Of a DNA stretch of 64,000 nucleotides, positions 37,726 through 53,400 are shown piece by piece. The DNA comes from Callorhinchus milii. Lineage: Eukaryota. How positions within the stretch are numbered: the stretch's first letter is position 1; every line of letters begins with the position of its first letter. Under the pieces are notes generated by a model. That model was not told where the DNA came from, made no database searches, and saw nothing but the letters and a program-made list of their open reading frames with translations. The stretch is from contig NW_024704795.1 of assembly GCF_018977255.1 (NCBI RefSeq), forward strand, positions 62,001-126,000, written 5' to 3'. Position numbers and translations under genes: made by a program.

Positions 37726-39538
37726 AGTCCCTGTGAGAGGCTCAGTGTGTGGAGCTGCTCAGGATAGTGAAGCCAGGCGGCGCCACAGCCACTTACAGCC
37801 TCCGAGCGGACGCGGCAGAGTCAGCCGCTGCTCAGCTTCCGGGTTTCAAATCTCTGTGTTTCTGTCGTTTCCAAAACTGATCGTTTGTCTCTAAACTCGT
37901 TTGTGCTGAGAGTCAACAACAGCCTTTCGCTGAAGTGCACAATCCGCTCTTCACTGAGAGACACTGCACAACTGAACTAAAGGCAGCAGCTTCCAGTTAA
38001 AAACGTTTGAATGTGGGATTGCCCGCGGTTCAGCGCTGAATCCTGGACATATTGACGGCGACTTGAATGATATTCTCAAACCAAACAGAATCACAGCTTA
38101 AATTGTGGCTGTGATGTCAAGCAGAGGGTCGGGGCCATCCCGTCAACAGAAAATATTCTTACTTCTGGTGCTAGGGATTTGGAAATCCCGGGATGAAGCT
38201 GGACACACTAGCACAGTGACTGGAATCTGAGTCTGGCGCCTTTTTAACACAGAGCCGCTGACACTATCATTGAATCAGCGCCTTGAACTGGCAAACTATA
38301 CCCCAGTCATTGAATTCTCAGGAGCGGATTTTCCTCTGTCCATGTTATGTGCTGCAGTCTCCCGGAGTTTGTGACTGTTTGGCAGCGCAGTGAGTGACAG
38401 GAGGCTCTGAGATAGGAGCTCGCCACAGTGTCAGTGTTCTCACAGATAGGACAAAGGAGAAAGGATTTCACTGGTTCTGTCTGTGTGCTCCACGGTTAAT
38501 AGTAATAATAATAATAGTAATAATCCTTGCATTTGATATAGCGCTTTTCACGTCAGGAGGACGTCCCAAAGCGCTTCACAGAACACACTGTAAAGTGAAT
38601 TGACTGTATATTTGTGGGCGAACGCGGCAGCCAATTGCGCACAGCAATGTCCCACAAACAGTCCTGGATTGAAAATGACCAATTTATTATTGTGTTTGGT
38701 TTTGGAGGGATTATTATTAGGCTCTGTGTGGAGTAAGGAAACTTGCCCAAGGTTTCGCCCTCTGCCTGGAATTGAACTGATTGTTTAACTACAGAGATAT
38801 AGATAGCAATAAAAGGCTTACATGGCGATTGAGGTCAAAGGGGAATATTCGCAGGCACATGCCAATCCTCTCCAGCTAGCTGAACAAATCTCGAGCATGT
38901 TTCATGACACAAACAGCTGCCTGAAAATAACATGGAATGACTTTGAGCTGAGAGCCATTCATTCTCCGTTTCTCTGCCGAGCACTGAATGTGTTACAGTA
39001 TCAGCTGTGGCGGTGACTCCCTGTCAGGCCGTGTTACTGTGTGAATCTTTGGTTCACACTGAGACTCGCAGCAAATTCAAAAAGCCCACCAGTTTCACTA
39101 CGGTGACTACATTCTCCTTCCCATCAATAGCTACAACAGCGGGAAATATACAGCGGTGGAATGGCAAAACACAGCGTTGATCATTCGGCGAAAAATAGAA
39201 AGAAACTGAGAAGTTTCCGAGCTCGAGATTCTGGCTAAAATCTGGCAGTGACACAGACACTGAGCCTCATCTTATACCTTCAACCTCTAATATTCCATGT
39301 CTGTGCCTGTAACATGCTGGGAATTCAGGAGCATTTGGTTTATTTTGAGGGAAGCCACATTAACAGTTAACAGTAACTCCTTCTGGTCAGTGAGGTTGAA
39401 TGGTATTTCCCGCGCACATTCCAGCTGGAGAGCTGCTTTAACATTACTGCTTGATGGGAAACCATGGGGTTGGAGGTTCACATGGCATTTGAATTGGGGT
39501 TCTTTTGGTTTCCGGTTTGCTTTTGCGAAATTGTTTGA

Positions 39539-40048
<510 letters not shown>

Positions 40049-40703
40049 ACATCTCCTGAACGTCAAGACACAAAGAACAAAGGCTCTTATAAGAGCCGCC
40101 CAAGTGCTCATATCAAAGGCTGTAACTTCCAAACGAAACTCGTCTGCCGTCAGGCGTTTGTCCTTCACTATATATAATGTGGTCGCTCCAGCGGGAGCCC
40201 GAATAAGATTGTCCACAGACAAACCACAGCTTAGTGTTTCTGTATCCAACTTGTCATGACTTCTGTTACTATGAATCTCAGACGGACAGCCTCCATGTTC
40301 CCGAAGGTTATGTTGCTAAGGAACTGGAGAATTGGAAACCTTGAGCCACGTAGAATGAATAGAATAGTACGGCACAGAAGGAGGCCATTCGGCCCATTGT
40401 GTCTGCCGGCTGTTTGAAAAGAGCCACCCAAGTCAGTCCCCTGCTCTCTCCCCATCGCCCTGCAAACTGGTTCTCTCCAAATAATGATCGATTTCTCTCA
40501 TAAAGTGGCCATCGGCGTCCACCAGCCTTTCACACAATGGATTCAAGATCCAAACAACTCCTTGTGTGAAAACATTTCTCCTCACTTCCCCTCTGTTTCT
40601 TTTAACTCGGTGTCCTCGGGTTACTGACCCACCCGCCAGTGGGAATAGTTTCTCCTTTGTCACTCTTATCGAATCCGCACCAAATTCTGAAAACTCTTTT
40701 GAA

Positions 40704-40892
40704 AAAACCCAATAATAAATTGGTCATTTTCAATCCATGACTTTGTGGAACACTGCTGTGCGCAATTGGCTGCCGCGTTCAGTCACAAATGTAGAGTCAA
40801 TACGCTTTGCAGTATATTCTGTGAAGTGCTTTGGGAAGGCTAGGGATGTGAAAAGCGCTGTATCAAATGCAAGGATTATTATTAGTATTATT
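40704..40892 (+). mobile_element. SINE 3' half inside a CR1 fragment, unit 2 only
   Basis: SINE body plus tail; absent at the equivalent position ~5688 in unit 1. Confidence 0.8.
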
Positions 40893-42190
40893 AAATCTCC
40901 GCTTAACCGTCCCTGCTCCAAGGAGAATAATCCGAGCTTCTCAAGCCTCTCCTGATAACTGAAGTTCCTCATTCCTGGTACCATCCTGGTAAATCTCCTT
41001 CACATCCTCTCCAGTATCTCGCAGGTTCCCATTGTTAGTGGGACCAAAGGATCTTGTGTCTCATGCCTCAGCTCTACAGCAACAACAAATGACACGGTCT
41101 TCAGACGGGAATTGAAGGAGGCAAGCTTGGGGGTGAAGTGGAGGGATTGTGGGGTAGAGTTCCAGACTGTGGGGGCAGGGATGCTGAATGCCTGACCACC
41201 AATGGGATATGATGAAATTGTGTATTGTGGTCTCAATGGCCTGTGGTGAGAGGCAGTGGTGGAGATGGGCAATGTTGCAGAGGTGTGGAAAGACGGAACA
41301 GTTCATGGCATGAATGAAGGGTTTGAAGGGTAGCTGAAGATCGAAAAGGACACCGAGGTTTCGGATTGGCTCCGTGAGGTGAAGAGTGCAGCCATGAATG
41401 GTGGTGTCTGCATTACTGCCGAAGTGTCAGCTCATCTTCCATGTTTTCAGTTGTTTTGTAACTTTGTCCCAACATAAAGTCCTGATATACGATCACTGGC
41501 ACAAACACACACAAACACTCACACACGTACATACATATGCATACACACGCATACATACACACACACACATGTACATACATGCACACTCACGCACATACAC
41601 ACACACTTGCACACTTACANNNNNNNNNNNNNNNNNNNNNNNNNNNNNNNNNNNNNNNNNNNNNNNNNNNNNNNNNNNNNNNNNNNNNNNNNNNNNNNNN
41701 NNNNNNNNNNNNNNNNNNNNNNNNNNNNNNNNNNNNNNNNNNNNNNNNNNNNNNNNNCGCACCCACACACATGCACACTCACACACACACGTACGGGCAA
41801 TGGGAAAGCAGGACAGTGTGGGAGAAACAAAGTGTGGGGTTGGGAGCAAGAACATTATCAGGCGTGGATGGCTCGGGTCGGGGCGACAGCCAAAATGTGC
41901 CCACAGAGGCCAGGAGCGAGCGATCAGTGGGACACGATCAGCACACGGTCTATGGGTATACTCACACAACAGAGACACATAAATTTATCGAATCAAAACC
42001 CATTTAATATGCTGTTGAGTGATGCAGTATTGACAATTGTACATCTAAGTGCACATTAGATTAGAATTAAGTGCACATACTCCACACTCNAAAAATGAAC
42101 ACAAGGCAGAAAATCAGGATTCCTGTTTGCATATTATATTTCATTTGCTGGAGACAGACACAGGGAACACTTCGGCAACAATCATTCTCA

Positions 42191-44870
42191 CTCTGGATAA
42201 CTAGCCTGGTCTCTGTATAACAGGCCTGGTCTCTGTATAACAGCGCTGGTCTCTGCATAATAGACCTGGTCTCTGTAAGGCTGCTCTGGTCTCTGCATTA
42301 CTGGCCTGTTCTCTGTATAAGAGGTCTGGTCTCTGAATAACAGGCCTGGTCTTGGAATAATTGGCCTGGTCTCTGTAAAACTGGCCTGGTCTCTGTATAA
42401 CAGGTCTGGTCTCTGTATAACAGGCCTGGTCTCTGTGTAACAGGCCTGATCACTGTACAGCTGGCCTGGTCTCTGTATAACAGCTCTGGTCTCTGTAAAA
42501 CTGACCTGCTCTCTGTATAACAGCTCTGGTCTCTGTAAGGCTGGCCTGGTCTCTGTATTACTGCTCTGGTCTCTGTATGACTGGCCTTGTCTCTGTATTA
42601 GAGGTCTGGTCTCTGAATAAGAGGCCTGGTCTCCGAATAACTGGCCTGGTCTCTGAAAAACTGGCCTGGTCTCTGTATAACAGGCCTGGTCTCCGAATAA
42701 CTGGCCTGGTCTCTGTATAACAGCTCTGGTCTCTGTAAAACTGACCTGGTCTCTGTATAACTGGCCTGGTCTCTGTATAACAGGCCTGGTCTCTGTTTAA
42801 CAGGCCTGGTCTCTGTATAACTCGCCTGGTCTCTGTATAACTGGTCTGGTCTCTGTATAAACGGCCTGGTCTCTGTATAAGTGGCCTGGTCTCTGTATAA
42901 CAGGTCTGGTCTCTGTATAACTGGCCTGGTTTCTGAGTAGCAGGCCTCGTCGCTGTAAAACTGGCCTGGTTTCTGTAAAACTGGCCTGGTCTCTGTATAA
43001 CAGCTCTGGTCTCTGTAAGGCTGGCCTGGTCTCTGTATTACTGCTCTGGTCTCGGTATGACTGGCCTTGTCTCTGTATTGGAGGTCTGGTCTCTGTATAA
43101 GAGGCCTGGTCTCTGTATAACAGCCCTGGTCTCTGTATAAGTGGCCTGGTCTCTGTATAAGACGCCGTCTCTGTGTAAGACGCCTGGTCTCTGTATTAAT
43201 GCTCGGGTCCCTGTATAACTGGCCTGGTCTCTGCGTAACAGCCCGGGTCTCTGTACAACAGCTCTGGTCTCTGTATAAGAGGCCTGGTCTCTGTATAAGA
43301 GTCCTGGTCTCTATATTAATGCTCTGGTCTCTGTATAACTGGCCTGGTCTCTGTTTAACAGGCCTGGTCTCTGTCTAACAGGCCTGGTCTCTGTATAACT
43401 CACCTGTTCTCTGTATAACTGGCCGGGTCTCTGTATAACTGGCCTGGTCTCTGTATAACTGGCCTGGTCTCTGTTTAACAGGCCTGGTCTCTGTCTAACA
43501 GGCCTGGTCTCTGTACAACTCGCCTGGTCTATGTCTAACAGGCCTGGGCTCTGTATAACTCACCTGTTCTCTGTATAACTGGCCGGGTCTCTGTATAACT
43601 GGCCTGGTCTCTGTATAACTCGCCTGGTCTCTGTATAACTGGCAGGGTCTCTGTATAACTGGCCTGGTCTCTGTATAAAAGGCCTTGTCTCTGTATAACT
43701 GGCCTGGTCTCTGTATAACTGGCCTGGTCTCTGTATAAAAGGCCTGGTCTCTGTATAACTGGCCTGGGCTCTGTATAACAGCCCTGGTCTCTATATAAGA
43801 GGTCTGGTCTCTGTATAACAGCCCTGGTCTCTGTATAGCATCCCTTGTGTCTGTATTACTGGCCTGGTTTCTGTATTACTGGACTGGCGTCTGTATAACA
43901 GCCCTGGTCTCTGTAAAGCTGGCCTGGTCTCTGTATTACCGCTCTGGTCTCTGTATTACTGGCCTGGTCTCTGTATTACTGGCCTGGTCTCTGTATAAGA
44001 GGTCTGGTCGCTGTATAAGAGGCCTGGTCTCTGTATTACTGCCCTGGTCTCTGTATAACAGCCGTGGTCTCTATATAAGAGGTCTGGTCTCTGCATAACA
44101 GCCCTGGTCTCTGTATAGCAGCCCTTGTGTCTGTATTACTGGCCTGGTCTCTGTACAAGAAGCTTGTTCTCTGTATAAGAGGCATGGTCTCTAGAGGTCT
44201 GGTGTATCAAGCTATAATAATAATCCTTGCATTTAATATGTGGTGCACTGTCATGACTTGATGGCATCTCAAAGCGCTTCACAGAATATGCTGTTAAATG
44301 AATTGACTGTATATTTTGTTGGTGAAATCCGGCAGCCAATGGTGCACAGCAGTGTGCCACAAACAGGAGTGGAGTGAGTAACCGGATTATTGTTCTTGAA
44401 AAGATTTCTTGGTCGGCAATAATACCTTCAAGAAGCAGCAAAATACACAGGCTTTTTCGGATGCACACACACAGCAATATCACTTAGACGTGGAGGTCTC
44501 TGGTCTCTGTATAACTCACCTGTTCTCTGTATAACTGGCCGGGTCTCTGTATAACTGGTCTGGTCTCTGTATAACTCGCGTGGTCTCTGTATAACTGGCC
44601 GGGTCTCTGTATAACTGGCCTGGTCTCTGTATAAAAGGCCTGGTCTCTGTATAACTGGCCTGGTCTCTGTATAAAAGGCCTGGTCTCTGTATAACTGGCC
44701 TGGGCTCTGTATAACAGCCCTGGTCTCTATATAAGAGGTCTGGTCTCTGTATAACAGCCCTGGTCTCTGTATAGCAGCCCTTGTGTCTGTATTACTGGCC
44801 TGGTCTCTGTATAAGAAGCTTGTTCTCTGTATAAGAGGCCTGGTCTCTGTATAAGAGGTCTGGTGTATCA
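42191..44870 (+). repeat. Same 20-bp satellite, short version in unit 2, interrupted by a duplicated SINE fragment at ~44213-44495
   Basis: Same monomer and same left flank as the array starting at 6964. Confidence 0.95.
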
Positions 44871-47800
44871 AGCTATAATAATAATAATCCTTGCATTTAA
44901 TATGTAGTGCACTGTCATGACTTGATGGCATCTCAAAGCACTTCACAGAATATGCTGTTAAATGAATTGACTGTATATTTTTTGGTGAAATCCGGCAGCC
45001 AATGATGCACAGCAGTGTGTCACAAACAGGAGTGGATTGAGTGACTGGATTATTGTTCTTGAAAAGATTTCTTGGTCGGCAATAATACCTTCAAGCAGCA
45101 GCAAAACACACAGGCTTTTTCGGATGCACACACAGCAATATCACTTAGACGTGGAGGGATTATCTATTTGATACTCACATATAGATAGCAAGACATGAAC
45201 ACGGAGTATTGATTCCGTGTTTGTGTACAAGATTAGAGAGCCTCTGAAATGAATTCAAATTAATATGACACACAATCAGTATTCTCACAAATTATCAACA
45301 TAGAAACAATCCACAGGCCCACACTTACAGCAGATACACTGCCACCATCACAAGCAACTCACCTGCAAGCACCCAGTAGCATTCCTAGACATTGCAACAC
45401 AATACCTTACCAATCAGGATACATTGTTGAAAGGACGTGCACAACCTACAACACAGAGTGACATTTTGTCAGGAACACCAAATTTGAAAGTTTTTTTTTG
45501 AGGAGAGTTATTGTTAAATAAAGCCTGTCAACCTTTGCTGTCAATAGGGTTGGACTGTAGAGTGTCACTAACTGATTGGGTATGTTTAAGGGAAAGCTGG
45601 AATCCTAGAAAAGTCCTGCATGTTGTGGGTAATGGAAATTTCCAACAGACAGTGTGTCCGGCCTGACTCAGTGGTTGGTCTCTCGCCGCTGGGTCAGAAG
45701 GTTGCTGGTTCAAGCCGTAGTTTGGGACAATATCTCAACTGACTTTCCAATGCAGTGCTGGGGCAGTGTTGCACTGTCGAAGGTGCCGTCCTTTGGATGA
45801 AAAGTTAAACTGAGGTCCCGGCTGCTTGTTCAGTTGGAAGATAAAGATTGCATGGCACTAAACTACTTCCAATGTGGGGCATGAACCCACAACCTACTGG
45901 CTCAGAGGTGAGGCTGCTAAAACTGAGCCACACTGACAGACGTACACTTTATTGTCTTTCAGATTAAACTTCAGGACATGAGTAAGGAATGTTGTCCACA
46001 GCTAATGATGGATATTTCACTGTTTATCTACAGATTTGTGCTCAAGAGGAATATTTGAACTTTGGGCTTCGAGAGAAACAGATCTGAGTTCAACTCCACT
46101 CAACATGTTAAAAAGACAACTTACTCACAGGATAACAGGGAGCTCACATGATTTACCTGCAGATTCAGACAATCAGTGGAGTCCTGTAGCTCAGTGGTTA
46201 GAGCACTCGCTTTGCAAGCGAGAGACCTGAGTTCAATTCCAGGCAGAGGGCGAAACCTTGGGCAAATTTCCTTACTCCACACAGAGCCTAATAATAATCC
46301 CTCCAAAACAATACAATAATAAATTGGTCATTTTCAATCTACGACTGTTTGTGGGACATTGCTGTGCGCAATTGGCTGCCGCGTTCGCCCACAAATACAC
46401 AGCTAATTCACTTTACAATATGTTCTGTGAAGAGCTTTGGGACGTCCTCCCGACGTGAAAAGTGCTATATCAAATGCAAGGATTATTATTATAATCAGAT
46501 GTTACCCACATGAGAACCAAACACAATATCAGAGGCATAGACCATCTGGAAAAATTCAACATTCAGTAGTATTTATCTTGATGTTGAATATCCTGTTATT
46601 GAGTGTAGCCTCAGAGAATCAGTCAAACTTTGTAACAAAAGTCGATTTAAAATTAACACTGGATAAGGAGAAACATTATACCATAGTGTCATGTCTGAAC
46701 TTTCAATGTTCATATACTTACAGAATTTCAGATCGTGTAAAATTATCATATTGCAAGCAGTGACAGGATTATATGTGATTCCAAGAAAAAAAGAGTTTGT
46801 TTGAGTCAATTAATGAGAAGTTCATTTTTGTCCACAATAAAGTCACAGGCTGTTTGTCCCTGTGTGTGTGCACACGGGTGCCCCCTGTCCTGCCCCAGTG
46901 TATCGGCCGCCTGCAGTCACCCGCCGTTCCACACCATTGGAAACCGCACCAAATTCACTCAGATAAAGAAAGGAGTAAATGAGATCCTTCTTCGGGTTAA
47001 GATTAAATCGGTTTCATTAAAGTGATTGATGTGCTCATGATTATCATTTTAATTATGTGCATCACCAGGAGGCTTTCTAAGAAATGAATGTAACCTTCAA
47101 CCGTGTGAAAGTGGGTCAGAGCCTCTGTCGCTTGGGGGGAAGCTGCCAAAGAGGCATCAAAGAGCAGGAAATGGGAAGACACTGTGTGGTGTTGTAACAC
47201 GGTAGAAAATAATAATAATAATAAGAATAATCCTTGCATTTGATATATCGCCTCATCATATCTTTGACACGACTCAAATCGCTTCACAGAGTACACTGTA
47301 AAGCCACTTGACTGCATTTATTTGGTGAGGGAATCGCAGCAGTCAATTTCACACAGCAGTGTTCAACAAACAGTCTGGATTGAGTGACCAAATTCTTCTT
47401 TCCTTTTATTGACGGGATTATTACCACCGGAAAAGCGATGCGCCAATCGACTAACAAGCGGGTGCCTAGTTACTGCTCGGTAAACAGAGGCGGGAAGGGT
47501 AAGGAAATTTTGCTAACATTTGGCCCCGTCCGGAAACCTGGCCCAGGTCCTCGCGCTTGCGAGGGTGAGTGTGCCAACCGTCCCACTGCAGGATTCCTGA
47601 AGCTGTCGAACGTCTTCAGAATGTTTTCAGACAAACTCGGACACAGAGAAACCGTCAGCATTTCCGTAAATAGGCCTTATTTTTCTAAAAAACAAACAAT
47701 GGGAGTCACAATGTTTTGATATCATTCTCACATCACTACTTATTTTCAATGTGATTCGTGAGGGTGATTCAGTCCCTGTCTGAAATGCTTGTTGAGAAGC

Positions 47801-47901
47801 TGGAGGTGGAGCTCGCAGCTCAGAGGCTGATCTCTCTTCCCTGTGTCAGTGACTCTCTCCTCCCCTGACTGCAGCCAATCGTTGCGCTGTGGCCTCTATA
47901 A

Positions 47902-48372
<471 letters not shown>

Positions 48373-48898
48373 ACCCTCCGTCTCCACACTGTGTGAACAA
48401 AGGCTCTTTTAAGAGCCACCAAATAGTCAAACGGAAAGAGCGGCCTCTCCAGCAAACTGTACACTTGACACTCCTCCTCAGCTTAACGCATCTACAGCCC
48501 AAACCACTGTTAAACCGAATGTACAGTAACGGCCGGTGCCGATACAGCGAGATCTGTCTTTCTGTGGATCGTGTCTTGAACCATCCACATGCGTTCATTG
48601 TGGGAGGAAAGCGCGTCGACGCTTCGGGTCCACGACCCTGCGTCAGCACGGACCCGAAACGTTGACTCGCTTTCCTTTCTCCATTGATGCTGCCCGACCT
48701 GCTGCTGTGCTTTGCTTTCAGATTTCCGGCACCGCAGTATTTTGCCAGCGGTGTGTGGCTCACATGCATGCGGCATGATTGCAGCGTCTTCGACGCGACG
48801 CACAAAGAGGAACTCTGAACTGCACCCGGACTCCCCAAGTCATCCCAAAGCCCGCAATTATTATATCCGCCCATTCAACTTGATGTGGCGTAAGAGAT

Positions 48899-49222
48899 AT
48901 ATAATAATAATAATAATCCTGCATTTGATATAGCACTTTTCACGTCGGGAGGACGTCCCAAAGCGCTTCACAGAACACACTGTAAAGTGAATTGACTGTA
49001 TATTTGTGGGCGAACGCAGCAGCCAATTGCGCACAGCAATGTCCACAAACAGTCGTAGATTGAAAATGACCAATTTAATTTTTGTTTTGGTTTTTGGAGG
49101 GTCATTATTAGGCTCTGTGTGGAGTAAGGAAACTTGCCCAAGGTTTCGCCTCTGCCTGGAATTGAACTCCGGTCTCTCACTTGCAAAGCGAGTGCTCTAA
49201 CCACTGAGCTACAGGACTCCAC
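48899..49222 (-). mobile_element. Young full-length SINE present only in unit 2, downstream of H2A
   Basis: Complete head-to-tail copy; the site in unit 1 (~27277) is empty. Confidence 0.9.
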
Positions 49223-49330
49223 ATGGCTGGTGCGGGCCCTGTCTTTGCTGAAATGGCAAACGGCTCTTTCCTGGACAGTGTGGGTGGCTCTGAAAAGAGC
49301 CTTTGGTTGGATAGGAAAACCTCCGATGAT

Positions 49331-49834
<504 letters not shown>

Positions 49835-50037
49835 CTACGTCACATCGGGCTCTCAGCCAATCACAGCACAGAGGCTGGGAGGCTGGGGATTGGTTGCCAA
49901 CCCCCGGGGTCCCATTGGGGAACCGATTATGCTAAAGAGGGATGAACGGACTGCTTTGTTGGGATTGGATGGCGATAATATATAAGAAGACGTTCAGCCA
50001 CTGCCCGACACTGTGTCGGTGGTATCAAGAGAGCAGA

Positions 50038-50442
50038 ATGGCTGGTGAGGGCAAAACCGATGCCAAAGCCGCTAAATCCGAGGGCAAAGGAGCGCCCAAA
50101 AAAGGCAGCAAGAAAGCGATTCGCAAACCGCAGACTGCGGGCAAGAAGCGCAGGAGGTCGAGGAAGGAGAGTTACTCCATCTACGTGTACAAGGTGATGA
50201 AGCAGGTCCACCCGGACACCGGCATCTCCTCCAAGGCCATGAGCATCATGAACTCCTTTGTGAATGACATCTTCGAGCGCATCGCGTCCGAGGCTTCCCG
50301 CNNNNNNNNNNNNNNNNNNNNNNNNNNNNNNNNNNNNNNNNNNNNNNNNNNNNNNNNNNNNNNNNNNNNNNNNNNNNNNNNNNNNNNNNNNNNNNNNNNN
50401 NNNNNNNNNNNNNNNNNNNNNNNNNNNNNNNNNNNNNNNNNN
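50038..50442 (+). CDS. H2B: Histone H2B with extended N-tail; 3' part N-masked and end predicted (unit 2)
   Basis: Same N-terminal sequence as unit 1 up to IASEASR, then Ns at 50302-50456. Confidence 0.9.
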
Positions 50443-53400
50443 NNNNNNNNNNNNNNCATCTACACACAAAGGCTCTTTTCAGAGCCACACACCACTTCTC
50501 CGACAGAGCTGTAGCAAAAGCGCCTTAAACTTGTGTGTGCACTGACGATATCCAGCGCCTTGGCTCGTCGTCCCGACCTGAAAGGCACTGTACACCAATG
50601 TAATCTGTAGCTCCACCGGTGCTCATTTCAGCTGCCCTCTGCTTGCAATATAACAAATATATCAAATCTTCTCTCTGCTTGCAATATAACAAATATATCA
50701 AATCTTCTCTCTGCTTGCAATATAACAAATTTGCAAGTCACTGAAATTCTGTACATATGTGATTACTTGAGGCAGGCGTGACACTGTGTGAAAACTTATT
50801 CTTATTCGGTATTAATTTAATTTACAATGTAGTTTTGTTGCCAATTCTGGTTGATTCTGTGAACTGAGCCTGTTTGTATTGAAACAGCCAACGCATAAAG
50901 ATCCTTAAATGTTTGATGTTTTCTCATAGACCAGATGGAGAGGTATTATTTCCATTGGTTACTCAGGCACATGGGCCAGTAATGACTAATTTCAATATTT
51001 TCTGAGAATGAATGTTTGAAAAGGAAGTTGAGTATAACAAAGTATTTGGTGAGAACTGGTTTTACTGAACAGAACAACCAGTGCATATTTTCTTCATCTC
51101 GATTACAAGCCCATAACGAGGCCAATGAGATTCCATGTATTGAGGCAACAGGCGGCATCTCAGAGCTTAACAATGCTGGAGCCCAAGGCCCGAGCGGGGG
51201 GGAATGTGACTGTAGGCGCGGTTGTAAAGGAAGGTCTTCAGGCCTGACCTAAAGGGGGCGAGGCAAAGGGTTTGAGGTAGGGAGTTTAGAGATGAGGCAG
51301 TAGCTGGAGAGGAGGGACGGATCCAGGGATAGTTTTTTCAAGATGAGGGTGATGATGGCTGTTTTTAGGGTGGTGCGAACTGAACCAATGGACAAGGAGA
51401 AGTTGATGACATCGGACAGGAGAGGAGCTAGAATTTGGAGCTGGGAGACGGGGATGGGATTGAGGGAGCAGGTGGTGAATTTGAGTTTGTGGACAGTCGT
51501 GATGAGGGAGAAGGGAGAGATAGGGTCGTAGGAGTACAGGCGGTGATGTGTGGGGGTTGGGTGTGTCATGCGGGTGAGGTGATGTGGGGGCTGGAGATAT
51601 ATAGGCCCAAATTGGTAAGCCTATCCTCGAAACTCATCCCCTTCATCCCTCGTACTGACCTTGTAAATCTGCGCTGCTCTCCCTCCAAGGCAAGTACATC
51701 CTTCCTTAAATAATGAGACCAAAACTGGACACGTATTCCAGGTGTGGTCTCACTGGGGCCCTATACAGTTGCAGCAAGACTTCCCTGCACTTGTACTCTA
51801 ATCCTTTCATGATGAATGCTAACCTACTGTACGCATTCATTATGAAAGTATTAACAATCCACCACTGTTTGTGGAACAATTGGTTGCCGCTTCGCCCACA
51901 AATATACGGTCAAATCACTTTAAACTCTATTCTGTGAAGTGCTTTGAGACTTCCAGAAGATGTGAAAAGCGCTATACCAAATGCCAAGATTATTATTATT
52001 ATTATTACTCTAATCCTTTCATAATGAATGCTAACATACCGTTCGCCTTCCTAATTGCTGTTGCACCTGCAAACTAACTTTCTGCGATTGGTGTGTAAGG
52101 ACACCAAAGTCCCTCTGGACGCTAACACATTCCAATCTCTCCCCTTCTAACAAATAACCCGCTCTACTGTTTTTGCTACCTAGGTGGATACATTATACTT
52201 CATCTGCCACCTCACCTATCTGTGTATCGCTGCATTTTTTGATGTCATCCTCTGTGTTGACACTTCCTCCTAGTTTTGTGTCATCTGCAAATTTAGACAT
52301 ATTAACTTTGATGTCCTCATCTAGATTGTTGATGTAGATGGTAAATAGCTGAGGCCTATGGACTGAGCCATGTGGCACTCCACTAGTCACATCACGCCAA
52401 TCTGAACAAGACCGTTTATCCTTACTCTTTGTTTCCTACCCGTTAACCATTCCCCATTCCAAGTTCATATGCTCCCCCCTATTCCATGGGTCCTTATCTT
52501 TTGGACTAACCTTTTATGCGGCACCTTATCAAATGCCTTTTGGAAGTCCAAACAGACCACATCCACTGATTCATCCTTATCTAGTTTACTAGAAATATCC
52601 TCAAAAAACTCGACTTGGCCTAATTATGTTGTGCTCCCCTAAATATCGCACAACCACATCCTTAATCAATGATTCTAAAATTTTTCCGATCACTGATGTG
52701 AGACTAACTGGCCTTTAGATCCTCATCTTTTCCTTTCCACCTTTTTTAAATAGTAGGTGACATTTGCGATCTTCCAATCCATGGGGACTGTTCCAGAATC
52801 CAAGGAATCGCAGCATCGCAAGACCATTATCGAAATGACATTGTCTTTTTCAATGTCGTCCAATGAGTTTGAATGGTTCCTTTCTCTAAGCATCAGTGCA
52901 GAATTGATTCTTACCTAGCCCTCTCCTCTCTTTGCAAATAATATAAATGTTTGTGGATATTTGGTCCTTCTTTTATCAGTGGAATCGATGTTGTACTGGC
53001 CATGTCAGTATGTGTTATTGCACTTTGAATGGGTGGAAACATATAACATGTTGCCGACGTGTTCCCTGAGTCTGTCTCCAGCAACTGATATATAATATGC
53101 AAACAGGAATCCTGATTTTTATTGTTACACAAAAATTAGCCAGGCCGGTTACATGGAGAACAGGTTTATTATTGAGTGACTAGTCCAGTTATGCAGAGCC
53201 CAGGCCGTTATATGGAAAACAGATGTATTGTAGAGACCAGGCCAGCTATACAGAAACCAGGCCAGTTATACAGAGACAAGGACTGTATTATAGAGAGCAG
53301 GCCTGTTATATGGAGAACAGGTTTATTACAGAGGAACAAGTCCAGTTATACAGAGCCCAGGCCGTTATATGGAAAACAGGTTTATTGTAGAGACCAGGCC

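Noticed and set aside
41620-41757. N-run hiding a feature
   Set aside because: It falls inside the (CA)n tract, whose unit-1 equivalent (6290-6570) is plain microsatellite.
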